Source of the DNA: Clostridia bacterium
GTDB taxonomy: Bacteria > Bacillota > Peptococcia > Peptococcales > BICA1-8
NCBI GenBank assembly: GCA_012720075.1
Contig: JAAXZE010000030.1
Coordinates: forward strand, 24,734-88,733
DNA: 64,000 nt
Direction of reading: 5' to 3'
Made by a program: the position numbers and the translations under genes. The notes beneath the pieces are model-generated. The model did not search any database and was not told the DNA's origin. It was given only the letters and a program-made list of their open reading frames with translations. Below, piece by piece: positions 30,696 through 39,819 of this stretch. Positions within the stretch are counted from its first letter, which is position 1, and each line of letters starts with the position of its first letter.

Positions 30696-31268
30696 ATGAA
30701 AAAAGTAAACAATTCTATTGGATCATCTAAAATAAAACACTGCATCGTTTTATCATTGGTTTTAATGGCTTTCTGGCTTTTATTGTCCGGAAAGACAGAA
30801 ATAAAATATTTATCGATGGGTGTGGCTACGGTATTGGTTACTGTCTGGGCCACATTACCCCTATTGCGCATACCTTCCGAGGATGGCAAAAAGTATTTTT
30901 ATGCTTTTGATTTTCCTTTTATAAAATATGCCCTTTACTGGATTTATTTATCTAAAGAAATTGCAAAAGCCAGTATTGATGTTGCCAAAATAGTGTTAGA
31001 CCCTAAACTTCCAATTAATCCTCAGGTTGTTCAATTCAAGCGGCCTATGGATAATCCTTTGGCCCATGTAACCTTAGCTAACTCCATTACTCTGACTCCC
31101 GGAACAATTACTATGGATATCGATAACGGGGTATATACAATTCATGCCCTCAGTGATGGTGCGGCAGAAGGTTTGGAAAACGGACAAGCTGAAATGATGC
31201 AACGGGTCAGCGCTGTTTTCGGCGAGAATCAGGAAGGCAGTTATAAAGAAAGGGGGCATGTCAAGTGA
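30696..31268 (+). CDS. mnhE: Na+/H+ antiporter subunit E (MrpE/MnhE, MbhA-like)
   Basis: MnhE-like membrane protein. First gene of an E-F-G-B-C-D ordered cluster. Confidence 0.7.
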   Translation: MKKVNNSIGSSKIKHCIVLSLVLMAFWLLLSGKTEIKYLSMGVATVLVTVWATLPLLRIPSEDGKKYFYAFDFPFIKYALYWIYLSKEIAKASIDVAKIVLDPKLPINPQVVQFKRPMDNPLAHVTLANSITLTPGTITMDIDNGVYTIHALSDGAAEGLENGQAEMMQRVSAVFGENQEGSYKERGHVK

Positions 31269-31540
31269 CCATGGATCACTTTTTTATGGCTTTAATAGTG
31301 GGAATAGGCATAGTAATTTTTGCTATGATGTTTCGTGTTTTTCAGGGACCCAGTGTCTATGACAGATTAAATGGTCTGGGAGTAATCGGTGCCGACACAA
31401 TACTGTTGCTAATTCTCATTGGTTTTATTGACAAGCGCCCCGATATGTATGCCGATATATCTATTTCGTATGCCATATTGGGTTTTATCAGCTTAGTTGT
31501 CATAGCTAAATATGTTGGAAGGAAGGGGGATGCGGAATGA
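31265..31540 (+). CDS. mnhF: antiporter subunit F (MrpF/MnhF)
   Basis: 91-aa three-helix membrane protein. Overlapping starts and stops suggest translational coupling. Confidence 0.7.
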   Translation: MTMDHFFMALIVGIGIVIFAMMFRVFQGPSVYDRLNGLGVIGADTILLLILIGFIDKRPDMYADISISYAILGFISLVVIAKYVGRKGDAE

Positions 31541-31839
31541 TTAGCACTATTATTGCTATAATTTTTCTTTTGGCAGGTTTTTTCTTTATAGCCGTAGCTG
31601 CCATTGGAGTCCTACGCCTTCCGGATTTTTATTCCCGTTTACACGCCTCAGGTAAAAGTGAAACATTGGGTATGATGCTCTGTTTTACCGGTTTAGCTAT
31701 CTATGAGGGACTCAGTATTACCAGTGTGAAATTTTTGATCATAGCTTTCTTTATACTTTTTGCTAATCCCATTGGTACCCATATTATTTGTCGGGAAGCT
31801 TACAGATCGGGTCTTAAACCGTGGACGAAGGGGGATTAG
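31537..31839 (+). CDS. mnhG: antiporter subunit G (MrpG/MnhG)
   Basis: 100 aa. LRLPDFYSRLHA motif is typical of MnhG. Confidence 0.75.
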   Translation: MISTIIAIIFLLAGFFFIAVAAIGVLRLPDFYSRLHASGKSETLGMMLCFTGLAIYEGLSITSVKFLIIAFFILFANPIGTHIICREAYRSGLKPWTKGD

Positions 31840-31843
31840 GCAA

Positions 31844-32086
31844 ATGCATGTTTTTATTATTGAAACAATTCTCTTGCTATTGTTAATTGCGACCGGTATT
31901 TTTGCTTTAACTTCAAAGGACCTTTTAGCTTCCATCATCCTCTTTGGTGGCTTTAGCTATTTTGCGGTGCTTACCTATTTGATTGTCGGAGCGGCAGACG
32001 TGGCCTTTACCGAGGCAGTGGTTGGCGTCGTTTCAACTATCTATCTGGTCACCGCCCTCAATAAACTTAAGAGGAGGTGCCGCTAA
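31844..32086 (+). CDS. DUF4040 / MrpA-C-terminal-like (MbhD-like) membrane subunit
   Basis: 80-aa hydrophobic product from ATG 31844. The ORF-track start 31760 overlaps mnhG implausibly. Confidence 0.6.
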   Translation: MHVFIIETILLLLLIATGIFALTSKDLLASIILFGGFSYFAVLTYLIVGAADVAFTEAVVGVVSTIYLVTALNKLKRRCR

Positions 32087-32374
32087 ATGAAAAAATATGC
32101 AGCATTGTTAACTATCGCTTTAGCTTTTGTATTTTTTTATGCAGCCGGTGATTTGCCTCAGATAGGAGATAAAGATTCACCTGCCAATGTTCATGTTTCT
32201 CCCAGGTATATCGAAGATGCCATGGAGGAAATCGGTTCACCTAACCTTGTTACCGGTGTTCTGGCTGACTACAGGGGCTATGATACTTTAGGTGAAACTA
32301 CTGTTATCTTTATAGCCGGTATTGCAACCGCTATGATCTTACGGGGCAAAAAGGAAGGTGACGATGCAGAATGA
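32087..32374 (+). CDS. MnhB-related small subunit (MbhE-like)
   Basis: NLVTGVLADYRGYDTLGE motif is typical of the MnhB family. Confidence 0.6.
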   Translation: MKKYAALLTIALAFVFFYAAGDLPQIGDKDSPANVHVSPRYIEDAMEEIGSPNLVTGVLADYRGYDTLGETTVIFIAGIATAMILRGKKEGDDAE

Positions 32375-32820
32375 AACCGGGTTTCATTAGTTTTGTTTTA
32401 GATACCGCCTTTAGGGTCCTTGTACCTTTTACCCTTGTCTATGGGGTGTACGTTTTGATTTTCGGTGAATATGGCCCTGGCGGAGGATTCCAAGCCGGAA
32501 CAGCTCTGTCTGTCGGCGTAATTTTGTCCAAGCTTATTCAAGGAAAGGAAAAAGCCCAGTTTAACATCAGAGGCAGCATGGCTTTAATTCTGGCAGGTAT
32601 AGGTACTTTTATTTATGCTGCTGTAGGTTTTACCACGATGATCTTTGGCGGGAAGTTTTTAGAATATGAATTTTTGCCTATTCCGGTACACGAACTGACT
32701 GAATTGCATGTCTGGGGCATTTTAGGAATAGAAATCGGCGTAACCATTTGCGTCATGACTACCTTTATTGCTATTTTTTCAGCCTTAACAGGAGAGGAGG
32801 GGCCTTTTAAAGATGCTTGA
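32371..32820 (+). CDS. mnhB: antiporter subunit B (MrpB/MnhB)
   Basis: 149-aa polytopic protein with GPGGGFQAG motif. Confidence 0.7.
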   Translation: MKPGFISFVLDTAFRVLVPFTLVYGVYVLIFGEYGPGGGFQAGTALSVGVILSKLIQGKEKAQFNIRGSMALILAGIGTFIYAAVGFTTMIFGGKFLEYEFLPIPVHELTELHVWGILGIEIGVTICVMTTFIAIFSALTGEEGPFKDA

Positions 32821-33178
32821 CTTTCTAACAAACTCTCTTATTTACTGGCTTTTTGCCATACTCTTCTTGTTAGGATTTTTCGGGATTTTGGCCAATAACA
32901 ATTTTATGAAAAAACTAATGGCCATGAACATTATGCAGGTGGCAGTTATCATATTTTTCTTGCTTTTGGGTCAAAAACTAGGAGGAACTTTACCTGTTAT
33001 TTGGGGCACTGATTATGTTGTCGAACATTATATTAATCCACTTCCCCATGCTTTAATGCTGACGGCTATCGTTGTTAGCTTAAGCACTACCGGTGTTGCT
33101 TTGGCTCTGATGATGAGGATCCAAGACCATTACGGAGATTTGGAGGAAGATGAAATTCTACGGAGGATGAACAAATGA
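32813..33178 (+). CDS. mnhC: antiporter subunit C (MrpC/MnhC, NuoK-like)
   Basis: 121 aa, NuoK-like, with conserved-looking LTAIVV segment. Confidence 0.75.
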   Translation: MLDFLTNSLIYWLFAILFLLGFFGILANNNFMKKLMAMNIMQVAVIIFFLLLGQKLGGTLPVIWGTDYVVEHYINPLPHALMLTAIVVSLSTTGVALALMMRIQDHYGDLEEDEILRRMNK

Positions 33179-34659
33179 GAGAACAATTTCCGTCATTAAT
33201 TGTTGTTGTGCCCCTGGCGGCTGCCCTCCTATCTCCTTTTATAGCCTATTTTTCAAAAACTCTGGTCAGATGGCTGGCAATAGCTGCGCTTTTGGTCTCC
33301 AATATAAGTGCAGTAGCTGTATTGATACGTGTCCTAAATGGCGGTGTCTGGCACTATCATTTTGGCGGATGGGCACCACCGTGGGGCATTGAATATGTTT
33401 TAGATCCACTGTCCGCAACCATGGCTATTTTAGTATCCTTTGTTGCGCTTGTCGTGGCCATTTATTCAGGACCATATGTCAAGGATTACGCAAAGCTAAA
33501 AGCGGGAATTTTTTATTCGCTGTTTTTGCTATTATCTGTTGGTCTAGTAGGGATGATGATTACCGGTGACGTCTTTAACCTCTATGTATTTTTGGAGATT
33601 TCTTCTCTCGCCGGTTATACTTTGATAGCTGCCGGAGGTAATAAGGCGACGGTAGCGGCATTCAGGTATTTATTAGTTGGAACTATCGGCGCTTCTTTTT
33701 ACCTTTTAGGTATTGGGTTTTTATATGCGGTTACCGGCTCTCTAAATATGGTGGATTTAGCCGAAAGGCTTCTCCCGTTATTGGATTCAAGGGTCGTGAT
33801 TGTAGCTATTGTAATGATTATGTTGGGATTTGGCATTAAAATGGCAGCTTTTCCCCTTCATGGATGGCAGCCTGATGCTTACACCTATTCCCATCCGGCG
33901 GCAACACCGTTAATCGCCGGAGTAATGGGTAAAGTACCGGCTTATGCCGCCCTAAGATTTTTCTTTTTCATCATGCCTGCTACTGCCGGTCCGGTCCATA
34001 AAGCTTTACAGGTAATGGGCATATTGGCTGCAGCGGGGATTATCATTGGTTCCGTTATGGCTATAGCCCAGAAAGATTTTAGAAGGATGCTGGCATACTC
34101 CAGTGTGGCTCAGATAGGCTATATCGTGGTTGGTTTAGCCATTGGCAATTCTTTGGCTCTCATTGGGGGAGTGCTGCACATTATTAACCATGCTTTCATG
34201 AAAAGCTGTTTGTTTGTGGTCGCCGGCGGCATAAGGTGGCGTACCGGTGAATACCGAATAGATAACTATATGGAACTTAATAAAAAAATGCCGTTAACTA
34301 TGGGAGCATTGATTATAGCCGCTCTTTCCATGGTTGGTCTTCCCCCGACAGCGGGCTTCTTCAGTAAATGGTATCTGGTATTGGGTGCCATTGAAGAGGG
34401 CATGTGGTTTTATGTGGCTATAATAATTATCAGTAGTTTATTAAACGCTATTTATTTCTTCAGGGTTCTTGAAAATATTTATATGAAAAAAGCCGAAAAA
34501 GAATATAAGGATATCTATAAAGGCAGAAAATTGGAGTTGCCTTTACAGATGTTAGTTCCTGTTGTTGTTTTAGGTATAGGTATTTTAGTCTTAGGCATCT
34601 TCAATGAAAGTCTTGTTACACAGGTAATACAGTTTGCTATTCCAGGGGGTGGACTATAG
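33175..34659 (+). CDS. mnhD: antiporter-like subunit D (MrpD/NuoN family), copy 1
   Basis: 494-aa proton-conducting membrane transporter fold (PLHGWQPDAY, HIINHAFMKS). Confidence 0.8.
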   Translation: MREQFPSLIVVVPLAAALLSPFIAYFSKTLVRWLAIAALLVSNISAVAVLIRVLNGGVWHYHFGGWAPPWGIEYVLDPLSATMAILVSFVALVVAIYSGPYVKDYAKLKAGIFYSLFLLLSVGLVGMMITGDVFNLYVFLEISSLAGYTLIAAGGNKATVAAFRYLLVGTIGASFYLLGIGFLYAVTGSLNMVDLAERLLPLLDSRVVIVAIVMIMLGFGIKMAAFPLHGWQPDAYTYSHPAATPLIAGVMGKVPAYAALRFFFFIMPATAGPVHKALQVMGILAAAGIIIGSVMAIAQKDFRRMLAYSSVAQIGYIVVGLAIGNSLALIGGVLHIINHAFMKSCLFVVAGGIRWRTGEYRIDNYMELNKKMPLTMGALIIAALSMVGLPPTAGFFSKWYLVLGAIEEGMWFYVAIIIISSLLNAIYFFRVLENIYMKKAEKEYKDIYKGRKLELPLQMLVPVVVLGIGILVLGIFNESLVTQVIQFAIPGGGL

Positions 34660-36177
34660 ATGGCACCGGAAATTGTACTCGATTACAGGCCCTTATGGGC
34701 AGTCTTGATCTCCCTTGTGGCGGCAGTACTGATTCTTTTGACCGGAGAAAAAAATAGAAATCTCCGGGAAACCTGGACCATATTGGCGGCCTTTGGCAAA
34801 GTAGCCATAGTATTTTCCATGCTACCCATGGTTTTGGGAGGACAGGTGCTGGAAAGCGCTCCTCTCTATGTTGCTAAAGGAATTGTTCTTCAGTTGAGGG
34901 CCGATACGGCGGGAATGCTGTTTGCAGCTTTAGCCTCCTTTTTATGGGTGATAACATCTTTTTATTCCATCGGCTATATGCGGGGTCATCACGAAAAGCA
35001 CCAAACAGGCTATTTTGCCGCATTTGCCGTTTGTTTATCGGCAACTATGGGTATAGCCTTTGCCGCTAACCTTCTGACATTCTTTGTTTTTTATGAAATC
35101 TTGACTATTGCAACCTATCCTCTGGTAATTCATAAACGTAATCCGGAGGCAATCAGGTCCGGTCGAAAATATTTGGCTTATACCTTAATTTCCGGACAGC
35201 TGTGTTTAATTGCCATTATCTGGACTTATGTTGTTGTAGGTCATGGCAACTTCCAGGCCGGCGGGTTTTTGACACTGGACCACGCTTCCCGCGGGATGCT
35301 GCAGTTTATGTTTTTCATGATGAGTATTGGTGCAGCCGTTAAAGCCGGCGTAATGCCCTTGCATGGCTGGTTGCCTGACGCTATGGTTGCTCCTACTCCC
35401 GTTAGTGCCTTACTACATGCCGTGGCCGTAGTTAAAGCCGGAGCCTTTGGTATTTTAAGGGTAGTTGGTTATGTTTTTGGACCCGAACTGTTAAAACAAA
35501 TCGGAACCGCTGAGGTTTTAGCCTGGTTTGCAGCTTTTACCATCATAGCATCCTCTCTGATTGCAATGAATCAGGATAATTTAAAAAGGAGATTGGCTTT
35601 CTCTACCGTTGGTCAGTTGTCTTATGTGGTATTGGGAGTATCACTGTTATCTCCCCTCGGTTTGTTAGGTGGCATGTTTCATATTATTGCCCATGCTTTC
35701 ATGAAGATTACCCTCTTCTTCTGTGCCGGCGCCATTTATGTCACAACTCATAAAGAAAATATCAGTGAGATGCATGGAATCGGCAAGCAGATGCCTATAA
35801 CCATTGGAGCCTTTACCATAGCTTCTTTAGGTATTGCCGGGGTTCCCTTTATTGTAGGTTTCATCAGCAAATGGAACATTGCATTGGGCGCATTACAGAC
35901 AGGACAATGGCTTTATATCGTTGTCTTAATTGCCAGTGCCATGTTGGCTTCTACCTATTTGCTGCCGTTGGGTTATCTGGGCTTCTTTAAGAAATCGGAC
36001 AAATTTACTCATTACGGTGAAGCCCGCAAGGATATGCTGATACCTATTGTAATAACTGCCACCTTTTCCATAGTGTTAGGTATTTTACCCAACTTTGGAG
36101 CGCATTTTTATGATCTGGCAGCAATGTCGGCGCAGAGCATTATCGATGGTATCCAGTTGATAGGGGGAGGGTGGTAA
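34660..36177 (+). CDS. antiporter-like subunit (MrpD/NuoM family), copy 2
   Basis: 505 aa. PLHGWLPDAM and HIIAHAFMK motifs. Confidence 0.8.
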   Translation: MAPEIVLDYRPLWAVLISLVAAVLILLTGEKNRNLRETWTILAAFGKVAIVFSMLPMVLGGQVLESAPLYVAKGIVLQLRADTAGMLFAALASFLWVITSFYSIGYMRGHHEKHQTGYFAAFAVCLSATMGIAFAANLLTFFVFYEILTIATYPLVIHKRNPEAIRSGRKYLAYTLISGQLCLIAIIWTYVVVGHGNFQAGGFLTLDHASRGMLQFMFFMMSIGAAVKAGVMPLHGWLPDAMVAPTPVSALLHAVAVVKAGAFGILRVVGYVFGPELLKQIGTAEVLAWFAAFTIIASSLIAMNQDNLKRRLAFSTVGQLSYVVLGVSLLSPLGLLGGMFHIIAHAFMKITLFFCAGAIYVTTHKENISEMHGIGKQMPITIGAFTIASLGIAGVPFIVGFISKWNIALGALQTGQWLYIVVLIASAMLASTYLLPLGYLGFFKKSDKFTHYGEARKDMLIPIVITATFSIVLGILPNFGAHFYDLAAMSAQSIIDGIQLIGGGW

Positions 36178-36179
36178 GA

Positions 36180-36416
36180 ATGAGTACTAAAAAAGTAATT
36201 ACTATTGCTTCACTTGTGCTTATACTCTCGATAATTGTAGAAGTACTATTTGTTCACCCCCATGCGGAGTTTTGGTGGCACGAGGTAATCGGCTTTGATA
36301 TGATTTTTGGTTTTTTGGGCTGCCTGCTATTGATAGTAGGAGCCAAGACCTTTGGGAAGGAATTTGTTCAACGGCCTGAAGACTATTACGCAGGAGGTGA
36401 AGAAGACCATGACTAA
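36180..36416 (+). CDS. small membrane protein of the mrp cluster
   Basis: 78 aa, two helices, acidic tail. Its 8-nt overlap with the next gene suggests coupling. Confidence 0.5.
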   Translation: MSTKKVITIASLVLILSIIVEVLFVHPHAEFWWHEVIGFDMIFGFLGCLLLIVGAKTFGKEFVQRPEDYYAGGEEDHD

Positions 36417-38127
36417 TTTACATCCAGGGTTGATTTTAATCATAGGCGGTTTGTTAGCGGGGATATTGCCTAAACGCCTCCGCCAGTTGGTTATGGTTTC
36501 GGCACCTGCTTTAGCTATTTTCACTGTTTTCAACACTCCGTTAGGAACGGTATGGACCATCCCTTTTATTAATGATTTAGAACTTACGCTGCTGAAAGTG
36601 GATCGTTTATCTTGGGTTTTTTCTCTAATTTTCACCATCATAGCCTTCTTGGGCAATATTTATGCTTTGCATAATGAAAACCGCGGAGAGGCAACGGCCA
36701 GCCTTCTTTATGCCGGGAGTTCCCTGGGCGTGGTTTTCGCCGGTGATTGGGTAACCCTCATTTTCTTCTGGGAACTGATGGCTGCTTCCTCGGTCTTTCT
36801 GATTTGGTATCGGGGTACTGCTCAGTCCCGTAAAGCCGGCTTTAGATATTTATTGATCCACTTGTTTGGGGGAAATCTGCTGTTAGCCGGGATATTCCTC
36901 AAAGTATATCAAGGTTTGCCGGAAATAACCAGTCTTACCGGAACCGGAGATGCCGCCTTTTGGTTGATTTTACTGGGGGTTAGCATTAACGCTGCTATTC
37001 CGCCTCTTCATTCCTGGTTAACCGATGCTTATCCGGAAGGGACTATTACCGGAAGTGTATTCCTGAGTTCCTTTACAACTAAAGTTGCAGTTTATTGTTT
37101 GCTGAGAATTTTCCCTGGCACCACCTTACTACTATGGGCCGGATGCATCATGGCTTTATATGGGGTAATTTTCGCCATATTGGAAAATGATATCCGTCGC
37201 CTTCTGGCTTATCACATAGTCAGTCAGGTCGGCTTCATGGTTGCCGGTGTCGGAATGGGTACGGAGTTAGCCATTAATGGTGCGACTGCCCATGCTTACA
37301 GCCACATTCTATATAAGTCCCTGCTCTTTATGGGAGCCGGTGCTGTAATTTATGCCACGGGGTACAGAAAGCTTACCGAATTGGGCGGTTTATATAAGAA
37401 AATGCCCTGGGTTACTTTGTTTTTTGCCATTGCCGCATTCTCCATTTCCGGGATACCTATTTTCAACGGGTTTATCAGTAAGTCCATGACTATTTCGGCT
37501 GCGGCTGAAGCCCATTTGCCAACGGCAGAGTTATTGTTGTACTTGGCAAGCATAGGTACCTTCCTCTCTATTGCTTTAAAACTGCTTTACTTTATGTTCT
37601 TTGGAAAAGATAAAGGTTTAGAGACAGTTAAGATACCAATGAATATGAACGTAGCTATGGCCGGAGGAGCATTGCTGTGTACCCTGTACGGGGTTGTACC
37701 CGACCTTCTCTATAGATATTTGCCGTATCCCGTGGATTACCATCCCTATTCCTTAAACCATATTATTGATACGGTGCAGTTATTAACTGCGGCTTTGATT
37801 GTGTTCTGGATTTTCTTACCCAAATTAAAAACCCACGATACTATTTCCCTGGACACCGATTGGGTCTTAAGAAAGCCTTTCAAAGCAACGGTTTATGGTT
37901 TAGTGAACATTGTCTGTTATATCCGGGAGTTTTCGGCAGCCAAATTACTGCTGGCTTTAAAGAGCACCTTGCCTTTCTTTGCTAATCCTGTTAAATGGGC
38001 TGCTCAAACAGCGGCAGGTCCTAAAGAACTATATGATGAGGATCGTTATCGTTTCCCCATTGGAATGACGGTAATGATGAGCATTGTTGTGTTCCTGGTT
38101 ACATTCTCATATATTGTGTTTGTTTAA
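36409..38127 (+). CDS. antiporter-like subunit (MrpA/D, NuoL family), copy 3
   Basis: About 570 aa. PPLHSWLTDAYPEG and AHAYSHILYKS motifs. ATG 36409 preferred over ORF-track 36352. Confidence 0.8.
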   Translation: MTNLHPGLILIIGGLLAGILPKRLRQLVMVSAPALAIFTVFNTPLGTVWTIPFINDLELTLLKVDRLSWVFSLIFTIIAFLGNIYALHNENRGEATASLLYAGSSLGVVFAGDWVTLIFFWELMAASSVFLIWYRGTAQSRKAGFRYLLIHLFGGNLLLAGIFLKVYQGLPEITSLTGTGDAAFWLILLGVSINAAIPPLHSWLTDAYPEGTITGSVFLSSFTTKVAVYCLLRIFPGTTLLLWAGCIMALYGVIFAILENDIRRLLAYHIVSQVGFMVAGVGMGTELAINGATAHAYSHILYKSLLFMGAGAVIYATGYRKLTELGGLYKKMPWVTLFFAIAAFSISGIPIFNGFISKSMTISAAAEAHLPTAELLLYLASIGTFLSIALKLLYFMFFGKDKGLETVKIPMNMNVAMAGGALLCTLYGVVPDLLYRYLPYPVDYHPYSLNHIIDTVQLLTAALIVFWIFLPKLKTHDTISLDTDWVLRKPFKATVYGLVNIVCYIREFSAAKLLLALKSTLPFFANPVKWAAQTAAGPKELYDEDRYRFPIGMTVMMSIVVFLVTFSYIVFV

Positions 38128-38129
38128 AT

Positions 38130-38151
38130 AACGCCTTCGGGCGTTTTTTTT
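38130..38151 (+). terminator. intrinsic terminator after the mrp cluster
   Basis: Stem AACGCC/GGCGTT, TTCG loop, T-run. Confidence 0.85.
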
Positions 38152-38165
38152 ATAGCCGTTTTCCC

Positions 38166-38194
38166 TTGCAAAAATTCTAGGCCATGTATATACT
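38166..38194 (+). promoter_or_regulatory. candidate promoter upstream of the prfA repeat composite
   Basis: TTGCAA, 17 nt, TATACT. Lies just after the mrp terminator. Confidence 0.5.
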
Positions 38195-38267
38195 ATAGTT
38201 TAGATATTTATGACCGATCCGCCAGGGTCGGTCATTCTAAATAATGGATTAATGATAAAACACTATA

Positions 38268-38606
38268 TTGTGACACCTAGACATCAATTTTCAGTTGGAA
38301 GGCTTGGAAAAATAGATAATAGTAAGATTAAGGTTTCGCTTCGCTAGGTTGAGGGTAATAAATGTAGTTCCACAGTGCTAAAGTTCTACCGTTCTACAGA
38401 AAGAATTAATTAAGTTTAAAGATTAGAGATTTCGCTCACTTTCGTTCGCTAGTTTCCGCTTCGCTAGATTCAAGCTTTAGATGTCACAGTGTCACAATGA
38501 CACTATGGAACGATGTCACGAAATCCTGGTCACTGGACACGGAACCAAACAATTTAACCTGAGGGTCACTTAAACACTCACACACTTTCAAACTAAAACA
38601 CTTAAC
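38268..38606 (+). repeat. Composite E-F-C-D-C'-E-I-B filling the prfA upstream region
   Basis: TTGTGACACCTAGACATC; AATTTTCAGTTGGAAGGCTTGGAAAAA; GATTAAGGTTTCGCTTCGCTAGGTTGAGGG; TGTAGTTCCACAGTGCTAAAGTTCTACCGTTCTACAG; GAGATTTCGCTCACTTTCGTTCGCTAGTTTCCGCTTCGCTAGATTCAAG; GATGTCACAGTGTCACAATGACAC; CTGGTCACTGGACACGGAACCAAACAATTTAACCTGAG; CACTTAAACACTCACACACTTTCAAACTAAAACACTTAAC. Confidence 0.85.
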
Positions 38607-38639
38607 ATGCCAGTCGCGGACAGGAAGGTCGGTGAAATA

Positions 38640-39707
38640 ATGTTTGACAAACTACAACATCTCGAAGATAGATATGAAGAATTAAATGCTCTGATGAGTA
38701 ATCCTGAGATAATTAACAATCCTGTTGAACTGCAAAAACATGCCAAAGCCCAGGCTGAATTGACTGATATAGTTGAAACTTTCCGTAACTATAAAAAAGT
38801 TGTAAACGAATTGGATGAAGCCAAAGCTATGTTAGATGAAAAACTTGAGCCGGAAATGAAAGAAATGGTCCAGCAGGAGATTGAAGAATTAGAAGAAAAA
38901 AGGGAAAAACTGGAGGAAGAATTAAAGATCTTGCTCTTACCTAAAGACCCCAATGATGAAAAGAACGTTATCATGGAAATCAGGGCAGGAGCCGGCGGCG
39001 AGGAGGCCGGTCTTTTTGCCGGTGACTTGTACCGGATGTATACCCGTTACGCTGAAAATAAAGGTTGGAAAACCGAGTTAATGAGTGCCCATTATTCCGA
39101 TCTGGGAGGTTTTAAAGAAGTCATATTTTTAGTTCAGGGGCAGGGTGCCTATAGTAAGCTGAAGTTTGAAAGCGGTGTGCACAGGGTACAACGGGTTCCA
39201 ACCACGGAATCTGGGGGCAGGATCCATACCTCAACGGCTACGGTAGGCGTTTTACCGGAAGCTGAGGAAGTAGACGTGCAGATTGATCCCAATGATTTAA
39301 GAATAGATGTCTTTTGTTCCAGTGGTCCGGGTGGACAGTCGGTTAATACTACCCAATCGGCCGTCCGGGTCACTCATATTCCAACCGGTTTGGTAGTATC
39401 CTGTCAGGACGAAAAGTCCCAACACAAAAACAAGGATAAGGCTTTAAAGGTTTTGAGGGCCAGACTTTTGGAAAGGGCTCAAAGCGAACAGGCCGGTGAA
39501 CTGGCTCAAGCAAGAAAAAGTCAGGTCGGTACAGGGGACAGAAGTGAGAGAATTCGCACTTATAATTTCCCCCAAGGTCGGGTAACGGACCATCGGATAG
39601 GTTTAACCCTGCATAAACTGGACCAAGTTCTTTTGGGGGAATTGGATGAAATAATAGATGCTTTAATAACTACCGATCAAGCTGAAAAATTAAAGCAAGT
39701 GGAATAG
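38640..39707 (+). CDS. prfA: peptide chain release factor 1
   Basis: MFDKLQ N-terminus, [12 protein letters not shown] (PxT) and SGPGGQSVN (GGQ) motifs. Confidence 0.95.
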   Translation: MFDKLQHLEDRYEELNALMSNPEIINNPVELQKHAKAQAELTDIVETFRNYKKVVNELDEAKAMLDEKLEPEMKEMVQQEIEELEEKREKLEEELKILLLPKDPNDEKNVIMEIRAGAGGEEAGLFAGDLYRMYTRYAENKGWKTELMSAHYSDLGGFKEVIFLVQGQGAYSKLKFESGVHRVQRVPTTESGGRIHTSTATVGVLPEAEEVDVQIDPNDLRIDVFCSSGPGGQSVNTTQSAVRVTHIPTGLVVSCQDEKSQHKNKDKALKVLRARLLERAQSEQAGELAQARKSQVGTGDRSERIRTYNFPQGRVTDHRIGLTLHKLDQVLLGELDEIIDALITTDQAEKLKQVE

Positions 39708-39709
39708 TA

Positions 39710-39791
39710 TTAATGGAGAGTTGAGAATTGAGAATGGAGAATTATTAAAAATAATTGAAAGTGGTGAATGGAGAACTGAGAGAGAGTTGAT
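39710..39791 (+). repeat. Family G array (long) between prfA and prmC
   Basis: TTAATGGAGAGTTGAGAATTGAGAATGGAGAATTATT...GTGGTGAATGGAGAACTGAGAGAGAGTTGAT. Confidence 0.85.
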
Positions 39792-39819
39792 ATATAGACC
39801 TTGAGCAATAGCGAAAGGA

